From an uncultured Spirochaetota bacterium (GTDB lineage: Bacteria; Spirochaetota; Brevinematia; Brevinematales; JAOACQ01): a stretch of 64,000 nt of DNA. Every line of letters starts with the position of its first letter. The stretch's first letter is position 1. The stretch spans positions 384,001-448,000 of the forward strand of contig CAVYGN010000001.1 in assembly GCA_963768055.1 (NCBI GenBank). Direction: 5' to 3'. The position numbers were made by a program, and so were the translations under genes. The notes beneath the pieces are model-generated. The model was not told the origin of the DNA. It did no database searches and was given only the letters and a program-made list of their open reading frames with translations. Below are positions 56,314 through 64,000 of this stretch, piece by piece.

Positions 56314-56570
56314 AATTTATCCTCCCTCTTCGAATTTTTTGAATAAGCCTTCAACAATATTTAATCATTTTATATCTTTTTTAATGTTAAATCAATAGGT
56401 TTTTAACAAATATTTTAAAATTGGCGATTTTCTATTTCCCTGATCCGGATCTGTCTTCCGGAGCCGGTAAACCTGTAAGCCGCATGAGCAAAAATTCCTA
56501 TAAGGATAGTATCGATTCCCGTTTATAATGTTCCGCAGCCTATTCAATTGATCAATCTCCTCTACATCTT

Positions 56571-56612
56571 TTGCAATCTATGTAATTATATGGGATACTT
56601 TATGTAATTACG
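56571..56612 (+). promoter_or_regulatory. promoter with repeated operator for the AbrB-domain gene
   Basis: TTGCAA(56571-76)-N17-GATACT(56594-99) with TG extension; TATGTAATTA at 56579-88 and 56601-10, the second containing the palindrome GTAATTAC. Confidence 0.6.
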
Positions 56613-56630
56613 TATTTAAAGGAGATTATT

Positions 56631-57044
56631 ATGATCATCCCTATCATCGAGATCGGGAATTCCAAGGGGATCAGGATCCCGCAGGCTGTTTTAAAGCAGG
56701 TAAGTTTCGGGGAAGAGGTCGAAATGCTCGTTTCCGAAGGAAAGATCACTTTACGCCGCAAGACCGGCCAGAACCAGGTCCAGGATTTTTCGACCCTTTC
56801 CGGCATGGACGATGCTTCAATACAGCGGGTGCTTCTTAAGATAACCGGTACCGACATGATCACCGCGCTGGTCGGCGCGGAAGATGGCGTCAAGGAGGCG
56901 GTTTACCGCAATCTCTCAGACCCGGTCAGGAATTATGTCAAACCCAAGGTTGAACGGCTTGAACATGGCGACGCCCGCGATCTGATAATCGAGCGCAGCC
57001 GCAATATGATAGCCGAAGCTTTAATGGAAGTAACGAGAGAGTGA
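56631..57044 (+). CDS. AbrB/MazE DNA-binding domain fused to a FliG C-terminal-like domain
   Basis: IGNSKGIRIP (AbrB/MazE); FSTLSGMDDASIQRVL...ALVGAEDGVKEAVYRNLS (FliG_C-like). Confidence 0.8.
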   Translation: MIIPIIEIGNSKGIRIPQAVLKQVSFGEEVEMLVSEGKITLRRKTGQNQVQDFSTLSGMDDASIQRVLLKITGTDMITALVGAEDGVKEAVYRNLSDPVRNYVKPKVERLEHGDARDLIIERSRNMIAEALMEVTRE

Positions 57045-57051
57045 TCGCCGG

Positions 57052-57447
57052 TCAATCCCTTATAGCTTCCCAGGTGCCCGCAAACGGCAGGGTCATCGTG
57101 CCGGTTATATAATTAGTGCCCTGGATCGCTCCGGACCATACAGGACCGGTGGATATATTGATATTGACCGAGGTCCCGATGAATGAGGTTCCATTAGTGC
57201 TCCAGGTCCCTGTATTGCCGTCATGCTGGCCGAAAGTGTTGTCATTGCTGAATGTTATTGTAGTTGTTCCGGAAGAGGGTACGCTGGGGAAATAATAATT
57301 AAGCGTCCATGGTCCTATTATTGTGACGGCCGACGGCGAACTGGAGCCGGACGACGACGAACTGTTATTCCCGCCCGGGTTTTGAGAGCAAGCTGTCAAA
57401 ACCATCAAGGCTATAAACAATCCGGAAAATATCAACTTCCTGTGCAT
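57052..57447 (-). CDS. small lipoprotein with a Ser-rich linker
   Basis: LTAC lipobox, NNSSSSSGSSSPS linker, beta-rich C-terminal domain. Confidence 0.75.
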   Translation of the reverse strand: MHRKLIFSGLFIALMVLTACSQNPGGNNSSSSSGSSSPSAVTIIGPWTLNYYFPSVPSSGTTTITFSNDNTFGQHDGNTGTWSTNGTSFIGTSVNINISTGPVWSGAIQGTNYITGTMTLPFAGTWEAIRD

Positions 57448-57586
57448 TTTAACACCCCTTTTTAATGTTTGATCTTCATAATTTGCGTTTTACACATATC
57501 TAATAATAATACGCAAATAATCTGCCCGGCAGGAAATAATCAGAAAAAATATAATTTGCCCGTAAGCGGCCTGGCGGCGCGCAAGG

Positions 57587-58021
57587 TCAATCGCCGTCTG
57601 ACGGCAGCCTTTGCTTTTTCTCTTCGTCTTCTTTTTCTTTACCGGCAATGCTTTTGAGCCAGATCTTCGCCGCGCTCTCTTCCTGCGCTGAAAAAAACTT
57701 AAATCTGCTCTTATCCCTGTTGGCCATTGCCAGCGCGACATTGTAGAGCATCCGCATTTCAGGGGATAAGCCCATAATAGCCGTAGCCCTGGCAAAATGG
57801 CCGTTATAGCGGGAAAAATTGGTAAAATCCCTTATTGTTTTGACGGTATAATTAACTCCCGAGGCATTGACCAGGAATAAAACGCTGTCAGGGAGGCATT
57901 TCGATACTATCGCCTTGGATTCTTCCATATATTCCCTGACCTCCTCGTTCGAGAGGCCCTTGAATTCAAGATAATAAAGATCCACGCCTTCAAATTGAAT
58001 AAAACATGGCTTTTTCACCAT
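57587..58021 (-). CDS. hypothetical protein (SpoIIAA/STAS-like fold possible)
   Basis: Start ATG 58021 after AAGGGGG; TAIMGLS...KFFSAQEESAAKIWL pattern. Confidence 0.6.
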   Translation of the reverse strand: MVKKPCFIQFEGVDLYYLEFKGLSNEEVREYMEESKAIVSKCLPDSVLFLVNASGVNYTVKTIRDFTNFSRYNGHFARATAIMGLSPEMRMLYNVALAMANRDKSRFKFFSAQEESAAKIWLKSIAGKEKEDEEKKQRLPSDGD

Positions 58022-58405
58022 AAAAAATCCCCCTTCTCTTGACAAATCCTTTAACAACAGCTATTAAATTAACTCATGATCGTTCATAAAATTTTTTTCC
58101 AGAAAATTTTATTTTAATTAATGCTTATTGTCAAATTCAGTAAACTTCAGGAATGAGTAAAGAATGCCTCGATTGGCATTTATCTCAAAGCGCATGGGAT
58201 AAAAACAGCCGGAGTTATTATCGATTTCAATCCGTCGCCCGTTATCGAATATAAGGCTGAAAACGGAAAGGTGCGGTTTCGGATTTATTTGCCTTGCCGC
58301 GTTTATCGGCATCCTGATTTTTTTTCGAAAATGATTTCAATCGGAACGAACTTGATCTTTTCATGATTTGCCTCTAAGATTGTTTTTATTATAAGAGGGA
58401 ATATT

Positions 58406-60439
58406 ATGTCAAAAAACGGGGGCTTGAAGGATAAACTGCTGGCCGATCTCAACCCGGCGCAGTATAAAGCCGCGGACTTTGGCGAAGGCCCGCTGATAAT
58501 CGTTGCGGGCGCGGGCACGGGCAAGACTAAAACCCTGGCTTCCAGGGTAGCCAATCTTGTTCTATCGGGAGTCGATCCTCAAAAGATATTGCTGCTGACC
58601 TTTACACGGCGGGCCGCCGAAGAAATGCTGAAAAGGGCCGATAGCATAGTAAGCAGGATGGGGCTGAATACCTTAAGCGTTTGGGGCGGGACTTTCCATT
58701 CCATAGCTAACAGGATTTTGAGGATTTATGCCGACCGGGCCGGATTGCCGAAAGAATTCACGATCATGGATCAATCCGATTCCGAAGACTTGATGGATAT
58801 TCTCCGGAACGGATTAAACCTGGATAAAACCGATGCCCGTTTCCCGAGAAAGGGCACCTGCCTTGCTATCTATTCGAGGAAAATAAATTCGAACGACAGC
58901 CTGGAAAACGTTTTAAAAGAACAATTTCCATGGTGCACCGAATGGAAAGATCAATTATCGGCTTTATATAAATCCTATATAGACCGGAAGTTTGAACAAA
59001 ACGTCCTTGATTACGACGACCTTCTTATATTCTGGGACCATCTTCTGGAGGATCCCGGCATATCCGGATCGATCGAATCCCGATTCGATCATATTCTGGT
59101 CGACGAATACCAGGATACCAATATAATCCAGTCTAACATTCTGCGTAAAATGAGACAAAAAAATAAAAATATCACGGTAGTCGGCGATGACGCTCAGGCT
59201 ATCTACAGCTTTCGGTCGGCAACGATACGGAATATGATGGATTTTCCAAAGCATTTTCCCGGCGCCGCCGTAATCATGCTTGAAGAAAATTACAGGTCCA
59301 GTCAAGCCATACTCGATACGACAAATGTTTTAATATCCCAGTCCGAAGAACATTACAGCAAAAAGCTGTTCTCCAGCCGTCAGACCGGCGGGAGCCCCGA
59401 GCTTGTAATCTGCATGGATGAATCCTTTCAGGATAAAGCGGTTATTGAAAGGGTGCTGAAGAGGCGCGAGGAAGGTATCGCCCTGAACCGGCAGGCGGTT
59501 TTATTCCGCGCCGCTTCCCATTCCGCATCCCTTGAAATAGCCCTGACAGGGCACAAAATCCCGTTTATAAAATACGGAGGCCTTAAATTCCTGGAAGCCT
59601 CCCATATTAAAGATTTGACAGCCATGCTAAGAATTACTGAAAATCCCAGGGACGATCGGGGCTGGTTCCGCGTGCTTCAAATGATAAAGGGTGTCGGGCC
59701 GCAAACCGCGGCAGATATCATCGGGCATATCAAACAAGCGGGGTTTAACCCGTTATCTCTTACGGCGTTTAAAAGTCCGCCGGAATCAAAAACAGGGCTG
59801 GATTTATTGCACTCTTATTTCATGGATGTTTCAGGCAAGGCTCTGAGTCCCATGGTTATAATCGAAAGAGCGATAATTTTTTACCGGCCTCTGCTTAAAG
59901 AAAATTACGACAATCCGGATCAAAGGTTCGCCGATATTCAGCAGCTGGCCGGTTTATCATCCGGATATCAAAACTTATCGAAGTTCCTTTCCGATCTGAC
60001 TCTCGATCCCCCTATGTTTACAGGCGACCTGGCAGGAAAGCCGGTCCCTGACGAAGAGTATCTGATTTTATCGACGATCCATTCCGCCAAGGGGCTTGAA
60101 TGGGATAGCGTATATATTATTCATGCTGCGGACGGATGGATCCCCTCCGATATGGCAACCGGCAGCAGGGAAGAAATCGAAGAGGAATTGAGGCTTTTAT
60201 ATGTCGCAATGACCCGTGCTAAAGACTACCTTACCGTTTTATATCCGAAAAGGCATTATACCAAACCGAAAACGCACTCCGACAATCATATCTACGGCCA
60301 GCTGTCGCGATTTTTGAACAGGGAAGTAACCGGCACTATGAGAGAAATTTATGAGGGAAAAGCCGAAGAACCTGAAATTAAACAGGAGAAAATGAAAACA
60401 GCCATCAAATTAAGGGATAGAATGAAGGAATCTTTCTGA
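58406..60439 (+). CDS. UvrD/PcrA-family ATP-dependent DNA helicase
   Basis: LNPAQ, AGAGTGKT, LTFTRRAA, GTFH, VDEYQD, GDDAQAIYSFR, LEENYRS, STIHSAKGLEW, YVAMTRA. Confidence 0.95.
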   Translation: MSKNGGLKDKLLADLNPAQYKAADFGEGPLIIVAGAGTGKTKTLASRVANLVLSGVDPQKILLLTFTRRAAEEMLKRADSIVSRMGLNTLSVWGGTFHSIANRILRIYADRAGLPKEFTIMDQSDSEDLMDILRNGLNLDKTDARFPRKGTCLAIYSRKINSNDSLENVLKEQFPWCTEWKDQLSALYKSYIDRKFEQNVLDYDDLLIFWDHLLEDPGISGSIESRFDHILVDEYQDTNIIQSNILRKMRQKNKNITVVGDDAQAIYSFRSATIRNMMDFPKHFPGAAVIMLEENYRSSQAILDTTNVLISQSEEHYSKKLFSSRQTGGSPELVICMDESFQDKAVIERVLKRREEGIALNRQAVLFRAASHSASLEIALTGHKIPFIKYGGLKFLEASHIKDLTAMLRITENPRDDRGWFRVLQMIKGVGPQTAADIIGHIKQAGFNPLSLTAFKSPPESKTGLDLLHSYFMDVSGKALSPMVIIERAIIFYRPLLKENYDNPDQRFADIQQLAGLSSGYQNLSKFLSDLTLDPPMFTGDLAGKPVPDEEYLILSTIHSAKGLEWDSVYIIHAADGWIPSDMATGSREEIEEELRLLYVAMTRAKDYLTVLYPKRHYTKPKTHSDNHIYGQLSRFLNREVTGTMREIYEGKAEEPEIKQEKMKTAIKLRDRMKESF

Positions 60440-60629
60440 TCTTGACCTTTAACTCCCGAAGGTAACACAAGCGTTTTATCGGCAGCCTGCTCCCGGCAGA
60501 GCTTCCCGAGAAGTCCCGCAAAGCGGTCTATAAAAAACCTAATACAGGAATAAAAGTTTGTAAAAAAAATTTTATTCATTTTAGACTTTGGATTTATTGA
60601 CCTGGTTATCTTGTGAAGTTATACTTACA

Positions 60630-60717
60630 TGACATTTCGAGGATAACAGCCCTTAGAGGGGCCGTATGACGAGAAATCTTGCATCGGGGAAGATTTCTCC
60701 CTGCGCTCGAAATGACA
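60630..60717. repeat. 88-bp nested-palindrome REP-like element
   Basis: Outer IR TGACATTTCGAG / CTCGAAATGACA (11/12); inner IR GAGAAATCTT(60671-80) / AAGATTTCTC(60690-99). Confidence 0.75.
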
Positions 60718-60759
60718 AATTGCAACAATAGGCTTTTTATTAAGCTTTTGGAATCAAGA

Positions 60760-61593
60760 ATGAATAAACTCCACTTTCTGACTCCAGGAATTCCGCATTC
60801 ATCAAAACCTAAAAAAACGCTTGAAAACGGCCTGAGGCGTATAAAAGAATTAAGCCTTGACGGTATGGAGCTTGAATATGTGCGCGGCATTATTATAGAT
60901 TTTCCGAAGATGCAGAAAATCGGTAAATTGGCGAAAGAGCTGGGACTGATATTAACCGCTCATGCGCCTTATTATATAAATCTTTATGCGCGGGAAAAAG
61001 AAAAGATCGATAAAAGCTATCAATATATTCTTGATACTGCAAGAGCTCTTGACGCCGCCGATGGATTCGGCATGGTATTTCATGCCGCTTATTATCTCGG
61101 GACAAAACCCCATGAAGTATACGCTTATGTCAAGGACCACATAGAGCATTTAGCCGCTATAGCCCGCAAAGAGGCCTTAAGGGTCTGGCTTCGCCCTGAA
61201 TTGATGGGTAAAAATTCTCAATTCGGCACACTGGATGAAATTATCCGGCTTTCAAAAGATGTCGGCGGCAGGATAGGACCATGCGTAGATTTTGCCCACC
61301 TTCATGCGAGGACAGGCAGGTACAATACATATGAAGAGTTTGCAAGCGTTTTTGAATTCATCGGCGAAGAATTGGGCGAATCTGCGCTTGAAAATATGCA
61401 TATGCATTTTTCGGGCATAGTTTATTCGCATAGAGGCGAACAAAAGCATGTTAATTTAAGGCATAGCGATATCCGCTCCAGGGAATTTGCTAAGGCTTTA
61501 AAAGACTTTAATGTTATGGGTGCGCTGACCGTCGAAAGCCCTAATATCGAAGGCGATACTTTGATGATGAAGCTGATCTACGAATCTATGTGA
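60760..61593 (+). CDS. endonuclease IV-like TIM-barrel protein (AP endonuclease family 2)
   Basis: HAPYYINL, VFHAAYY, RPELMGKNSQFGTLDE, CVDFAHLHAR, HMHFSGI, ESP; start moved to ATG 60760. Confidence 0.88.
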   Translation: MNKLHFLTPGIPHSSKPKKTLENGLRRIKELSLDGMELEYVRGIIIDFPKMQKIGKLAKELGLILTAHAPYYINLYAREKEKIDKSYQYILDTARALDAADGFGMVFHAAYYLGTKPHEVYAYVKDHIEHLAAIARKEALRVWLRPELMGKNSQFGTLDEIIRLSKDVGGRIGPCVDFAHLHARTGRYNTYEEFASVFEFIGEELGESALENMHMHFSGIVYSHRGEQKHVNLRHSDIRSREFAKALKDFNVMGALTVESPNIEGDTLMMKLIYESM

Positions 61594-61602
61594 TCCCGGC
61601 TC

Positions 61603-62637
61603 TCATAGCCGCCAGGTTTCTACCCCATGCTCGCAGAAATGAAATTCGACGAACCGGCCTCCGAATTCTTCCAGCCCTTTAAATATCTCGTATCTCTTCA
61701 GGCCGTCGCAATAAATCATCATGAACCCGCCCCCGCCTGCTCCCGTCACTTTACCCCCGATTGCCCCGTGTTTCATTGCGCTGTCATAGATCGAGTCTAT
61801 GACCGGGTTCGAAATGCTGCCCGCCATCTCTTTTTTATACAGCCAGCCGTAATTAAGTATTTCTCCTATCCTGTTTATCTCGCCCTTCAGGAGGGCCTCT
61901 TTCATCATTACTGCCTGCTCTTTAAGTTTGTGCATCGCTTCTATCGATTTGTGATCGCCGTTTGTGACGTTTTTCACCTGGTTCCTGATTATTTCAGCGG
62001 ATAATCGGCTTGTACCGGTATAATAGAGGAAAAGATTGTATTGCAATTCGTTGATATATTTCTTTTTTATCCTGAGAGGGTTCACAATAACCTTATCGCC
62101 GTTGTTGAATTCAATGAAATTAAAACCCCCGAAGGTTGCCGCGTATTGGTCCTGCTTGCCCCCTTCCATAGAAAGGTCTATCCTTTCAATTTCATATGCA
62201 AGATGAGCCATTTCATATTCGCCCAGGGGCAGGCTGAGCAGTTCCTGGAAGGCTGCGATGATCGAAACGGCAAGGGAGGATGAAGTGCCGAGGCCGGATC
62301 CGGCAGGTGCGTCGCTGTGTGTGGTTATCTTTACCGGAATTGCCGTACCGCTGTTGAAGTCTTTTATGATTCGGTTGTAAACGCCTTTATGCATATCAAG
62401 ATTCCCATCGATTTCAAGGCGGGGAGAAAGGGGATATTCAAAGATTTCATTCCTATCCAGAGCTTCAAGGATGATCATGGGCCTGTCAAGCACTTCAATT
62501 GTCGTATAAGTGCTTTTGTCTATCGTCGCGTTGAGAACTACCCCGCCGTAAAGTTCCGAATAAGGAGAAACGTCGGTTCCTCCTCCGGCAAGCCCGAGCC
62601 TCAGGGGCGCCTTGCTTCTAACTATCACGCCGGTCAT
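61603..62637 (-). CDS. hddA: D-glycero-D-manno-heptose 7-phosphate kinase (GHMP)
   Basis: APLRLGLAGGGTDV, PAGSGLGTSS, GGKQDQYAATFGGFNF, GKVTGAGGGG. Confidence 0.9.
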   Translation of the reverse strand: MTGVIVRSKAPLRLGLAGGGTDVSPYSELYGGVVLNATIDKSTYTTIEVLDRPMIILEALDRNEIFEYPLSPRLEIDGNLDMHKGVYNRIIKDFNSGTAIPVKITTHSDAPAGSGLGTSSSLAVSIIAAFQELLSLPLGEYEMAHLAYEIERIDLSMEGGKQDQYAATFGGFNFIEFNNGDKVIVNPLRIKKKYINELQYNLFLYYTGTSRLSAEIIRNQVKNVTNGDHKSIEAMHKLKEQAVMMKEALLKGEINRIGEILNYGWLYKKEMAGSISNPVIDSIYDSAMKHGAIGGKVTGAGGGGFMMIYCDGLKRYEIFKGLEEFGGRFVEFHFCEHGVETWRL

Positions 62638-63865
62638 TTTTTATGTCCTCCAGTATTTCATTGAAATTCGAATAAACCTTTAGAGATTCATCTATGATAT
62701 ACCCGCCCTTCAGAATATAGTTCCGCAGATACGGCAGGCGTATACGGTCGCTGTCCTTGTCCCCTATCATAACGCTTTTCCCGACATCAATATGATGCTT
62801 ATCCGCGGCGGCGAGGATCATGCCGGGTTCCGGTTTCCTGAGAAGGCTATCCTTCCTGTAAGCGCTGACGGCCGCTTCGGGATGATAGGGGGAGTAAAAA
62901 CTATCTAAAATATCGATCCCTTTCGAAGAGAGCTTTTTAATAAGTGTATCCTGGAAACGGAGATAATCTTCCGTTCCGAAAATACCCTTACCGATCCCCG
63001 ACTGGTTTGTTACAATGATAAAGCTGAAACCCATTTTTTTCAAGCTCTTTAGAAAAGGAATAGCGCCTTCAATTAAGCGGAGGCCGCTGATTTCATGCAT
63101 ATATCCTTTGTCTTCGTTAAGTATTCCGTCGCGGTCAAGAAAGGCCGCCTTAATGCCCTGTTTCCTGCTCCATAACGGCAGCTGATTTTGAGCAGCACCG
63201 TAATCCTCCGGTATCCCGATATCGATGAATTTTCCTCCGAATGGAACCCCGAAAACCCTGCCGGTACCGAGCAGTTTCGGCATTACCTCCCTCTCGAGTG
63301 AAAGGAAACCGCTCCCCTGAAAATAGGAAAGTGCATCGGAGGAAAGGATGAAGACGCCTCCGTTGATATAGCCGTTGCCCCGCAACTTTCTTTTTTCCGA
63401 GAAACCTGAAACCCGGTAGTCCCTTATTTCAACCGAACCGTAGCGGCTTAAATCATCCATGTATTTGAGGGCCATAGTAAGCAGGGCCTTTTTCCCTTTA
63501 TGAAAATCGATAAGGGCGCTGTAATCGACATCGAAGTAAGTGTCGCCGTTAAGCACTAAAAAATCCTTGTCGTCAGGAAAAGATCCGGCGGCAAGTTTGA
63601 CCGCTCCGCCGGTGCCGATGGGTTCGCTTTCGACGGAATATCCTATATTAACTCCGAATCTCCTCCCGTCCCTGAAATGGTCTTCAATGAAACTGCTTTT
63701 ATAGCCGGTGAGGAGAGATATATCCTCAATCCCATGCTTTTTAAGCAGCCCTATGATGAATTCAAGAAACGGCCTTTTTCCGACCGGGGCCATAGCTTTT
63801 GGTTTTTCTTTGAGGACAGGGGACAGCCTTGTTCCCAGGCCTCCCGCAAGAATAAGAGCGCGCAT
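62618..63865 (-). CDS. heptose-1-phosphate guanylyltransferase (HddC-like) fused to heptose bisphosphate phosphatase (GmhB-like)
   Basis: ILAGGLGTRL, VLNGDT, FIDIGIPEDY; then AAFLDRDG, VTNQSGIG, RKPEPGM, MIGDKDSD. Confidence 0.9.
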   Translation of the reverse strand: MRALILAGGLGTRLSPVLKEKPKAMAPVGKRPFLEFIIGLLKKHGIEDISLLTGYKSSFIEDHFRDGRRFGVNIGYSVESEPIGTGGAVKLAAGSFPDDKDFLVLNGDTYFDVDYSALIDFHKGKKALLTMALKYMDDLSRYGSVEIRDYRVSGFSEKRKLRGNGYINGGVFILSSDALSYFQGSGFLSLEREVMPKLLGTGRVFGVPFGGKFIDIGIPEDYGAAQNQLPLWSRKQGIKAAFLDRDGILNEDKGYMHEISGLRLIEGAIPFLKSLKKMGFSFIIVTNQSGIGKGIFGTEDYLRFQDTLIKKLSSKGIDILDSFYSPYHPEAAVSAYRKDSLLRKPEPGMILAAADKHHIDVGKSVMIGDKDSDRIRLPYLRNYILKGGYIIDESLKVYSNFNEILEDIKNDRRDS

Positions 63866-64000
63866 TTAAATCTCCCTGAATATAATATCAAGCTCCCGAA
63901 GGTATTCCTGTTCGACCTTTTCGCGGGTGAACTTCGCGGCCTGTAAAAAACCCTCCGAGATCATGCGTTCCCGTAATTCGTGTGAGCCTGTCACATTCAG
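63866..64000 (-). CDS. C-terminal end of a probable GT4 glycosyltransferase (partial)
   Basis: Manual translation ...HELRERMISEGFLQAAKFTREKVEQEYLRELDIIFREI*; its stop abuts the next ATG. Confidence 0.5.
   Translation of the reverse strand: MNVTGSHELRERMISEGFLQAAKFTREKVEQEYLRELDIIFREI

Noticed and set aside
56631..57447. Toxin-antitoxin pair
   Set aside because: The gene after the AbrB-domain ORF is a convergent lipoprotein, not a toxin.
58118..58312. 64-aa ORF, possibly an IS accessory fragment
   Set aside because: Resemblance too weak to support without a search.

Overview
Bacterial chromosomal window, probably from a spirochete (inferred from the giant membrane-anchored SpiroCoCo-type coiled-coil protein, the FliG_C fusion and many lipoproteins). 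Core-like blocks: rseP-purN-queH, serS, dnaN, thiG-tlyA, livKHMGF, a UvrD-family helicase, endonuclease IV and the heptose genes hddA and hddC-gmhB. An AT-richer accessory island runs from about 21.6 kb to about 43.4 kb. It starts inside the last codons of tlyA with a TGT-initiated, Tn7/IS21-style end made of tandem 20-bp repeats. It holds IS3, IS5, IS1634-like and IS1380 remnants, no intact transposase, and cargo genes (GH5, M60 peptidase, serine hydrolase, methyltransferases, GT39, arsenic resistance). The most striking signals are four. (1) A prophage-free operon of holin, His/Cys peptidoglycan enzyme and secreted glycoside hydrolase, where the enzyme C-terminus is a 47-aa copy of the holin N-terminus (23/47 identical, ungapped). 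(2) A recurring module of a sigma70 promoter placed 46-48 nt before a 22-bp IS1380-like end and pointing into a different cargo gene each time. (3) An AbrB/MazE-FliG_C fusion. (4) An excisionase-HTH fused to a degenerate ABC ATPase. No rRNA, tRNA or CRISPR array was seen. All family calls come from manual motif recognition; no database search was run.
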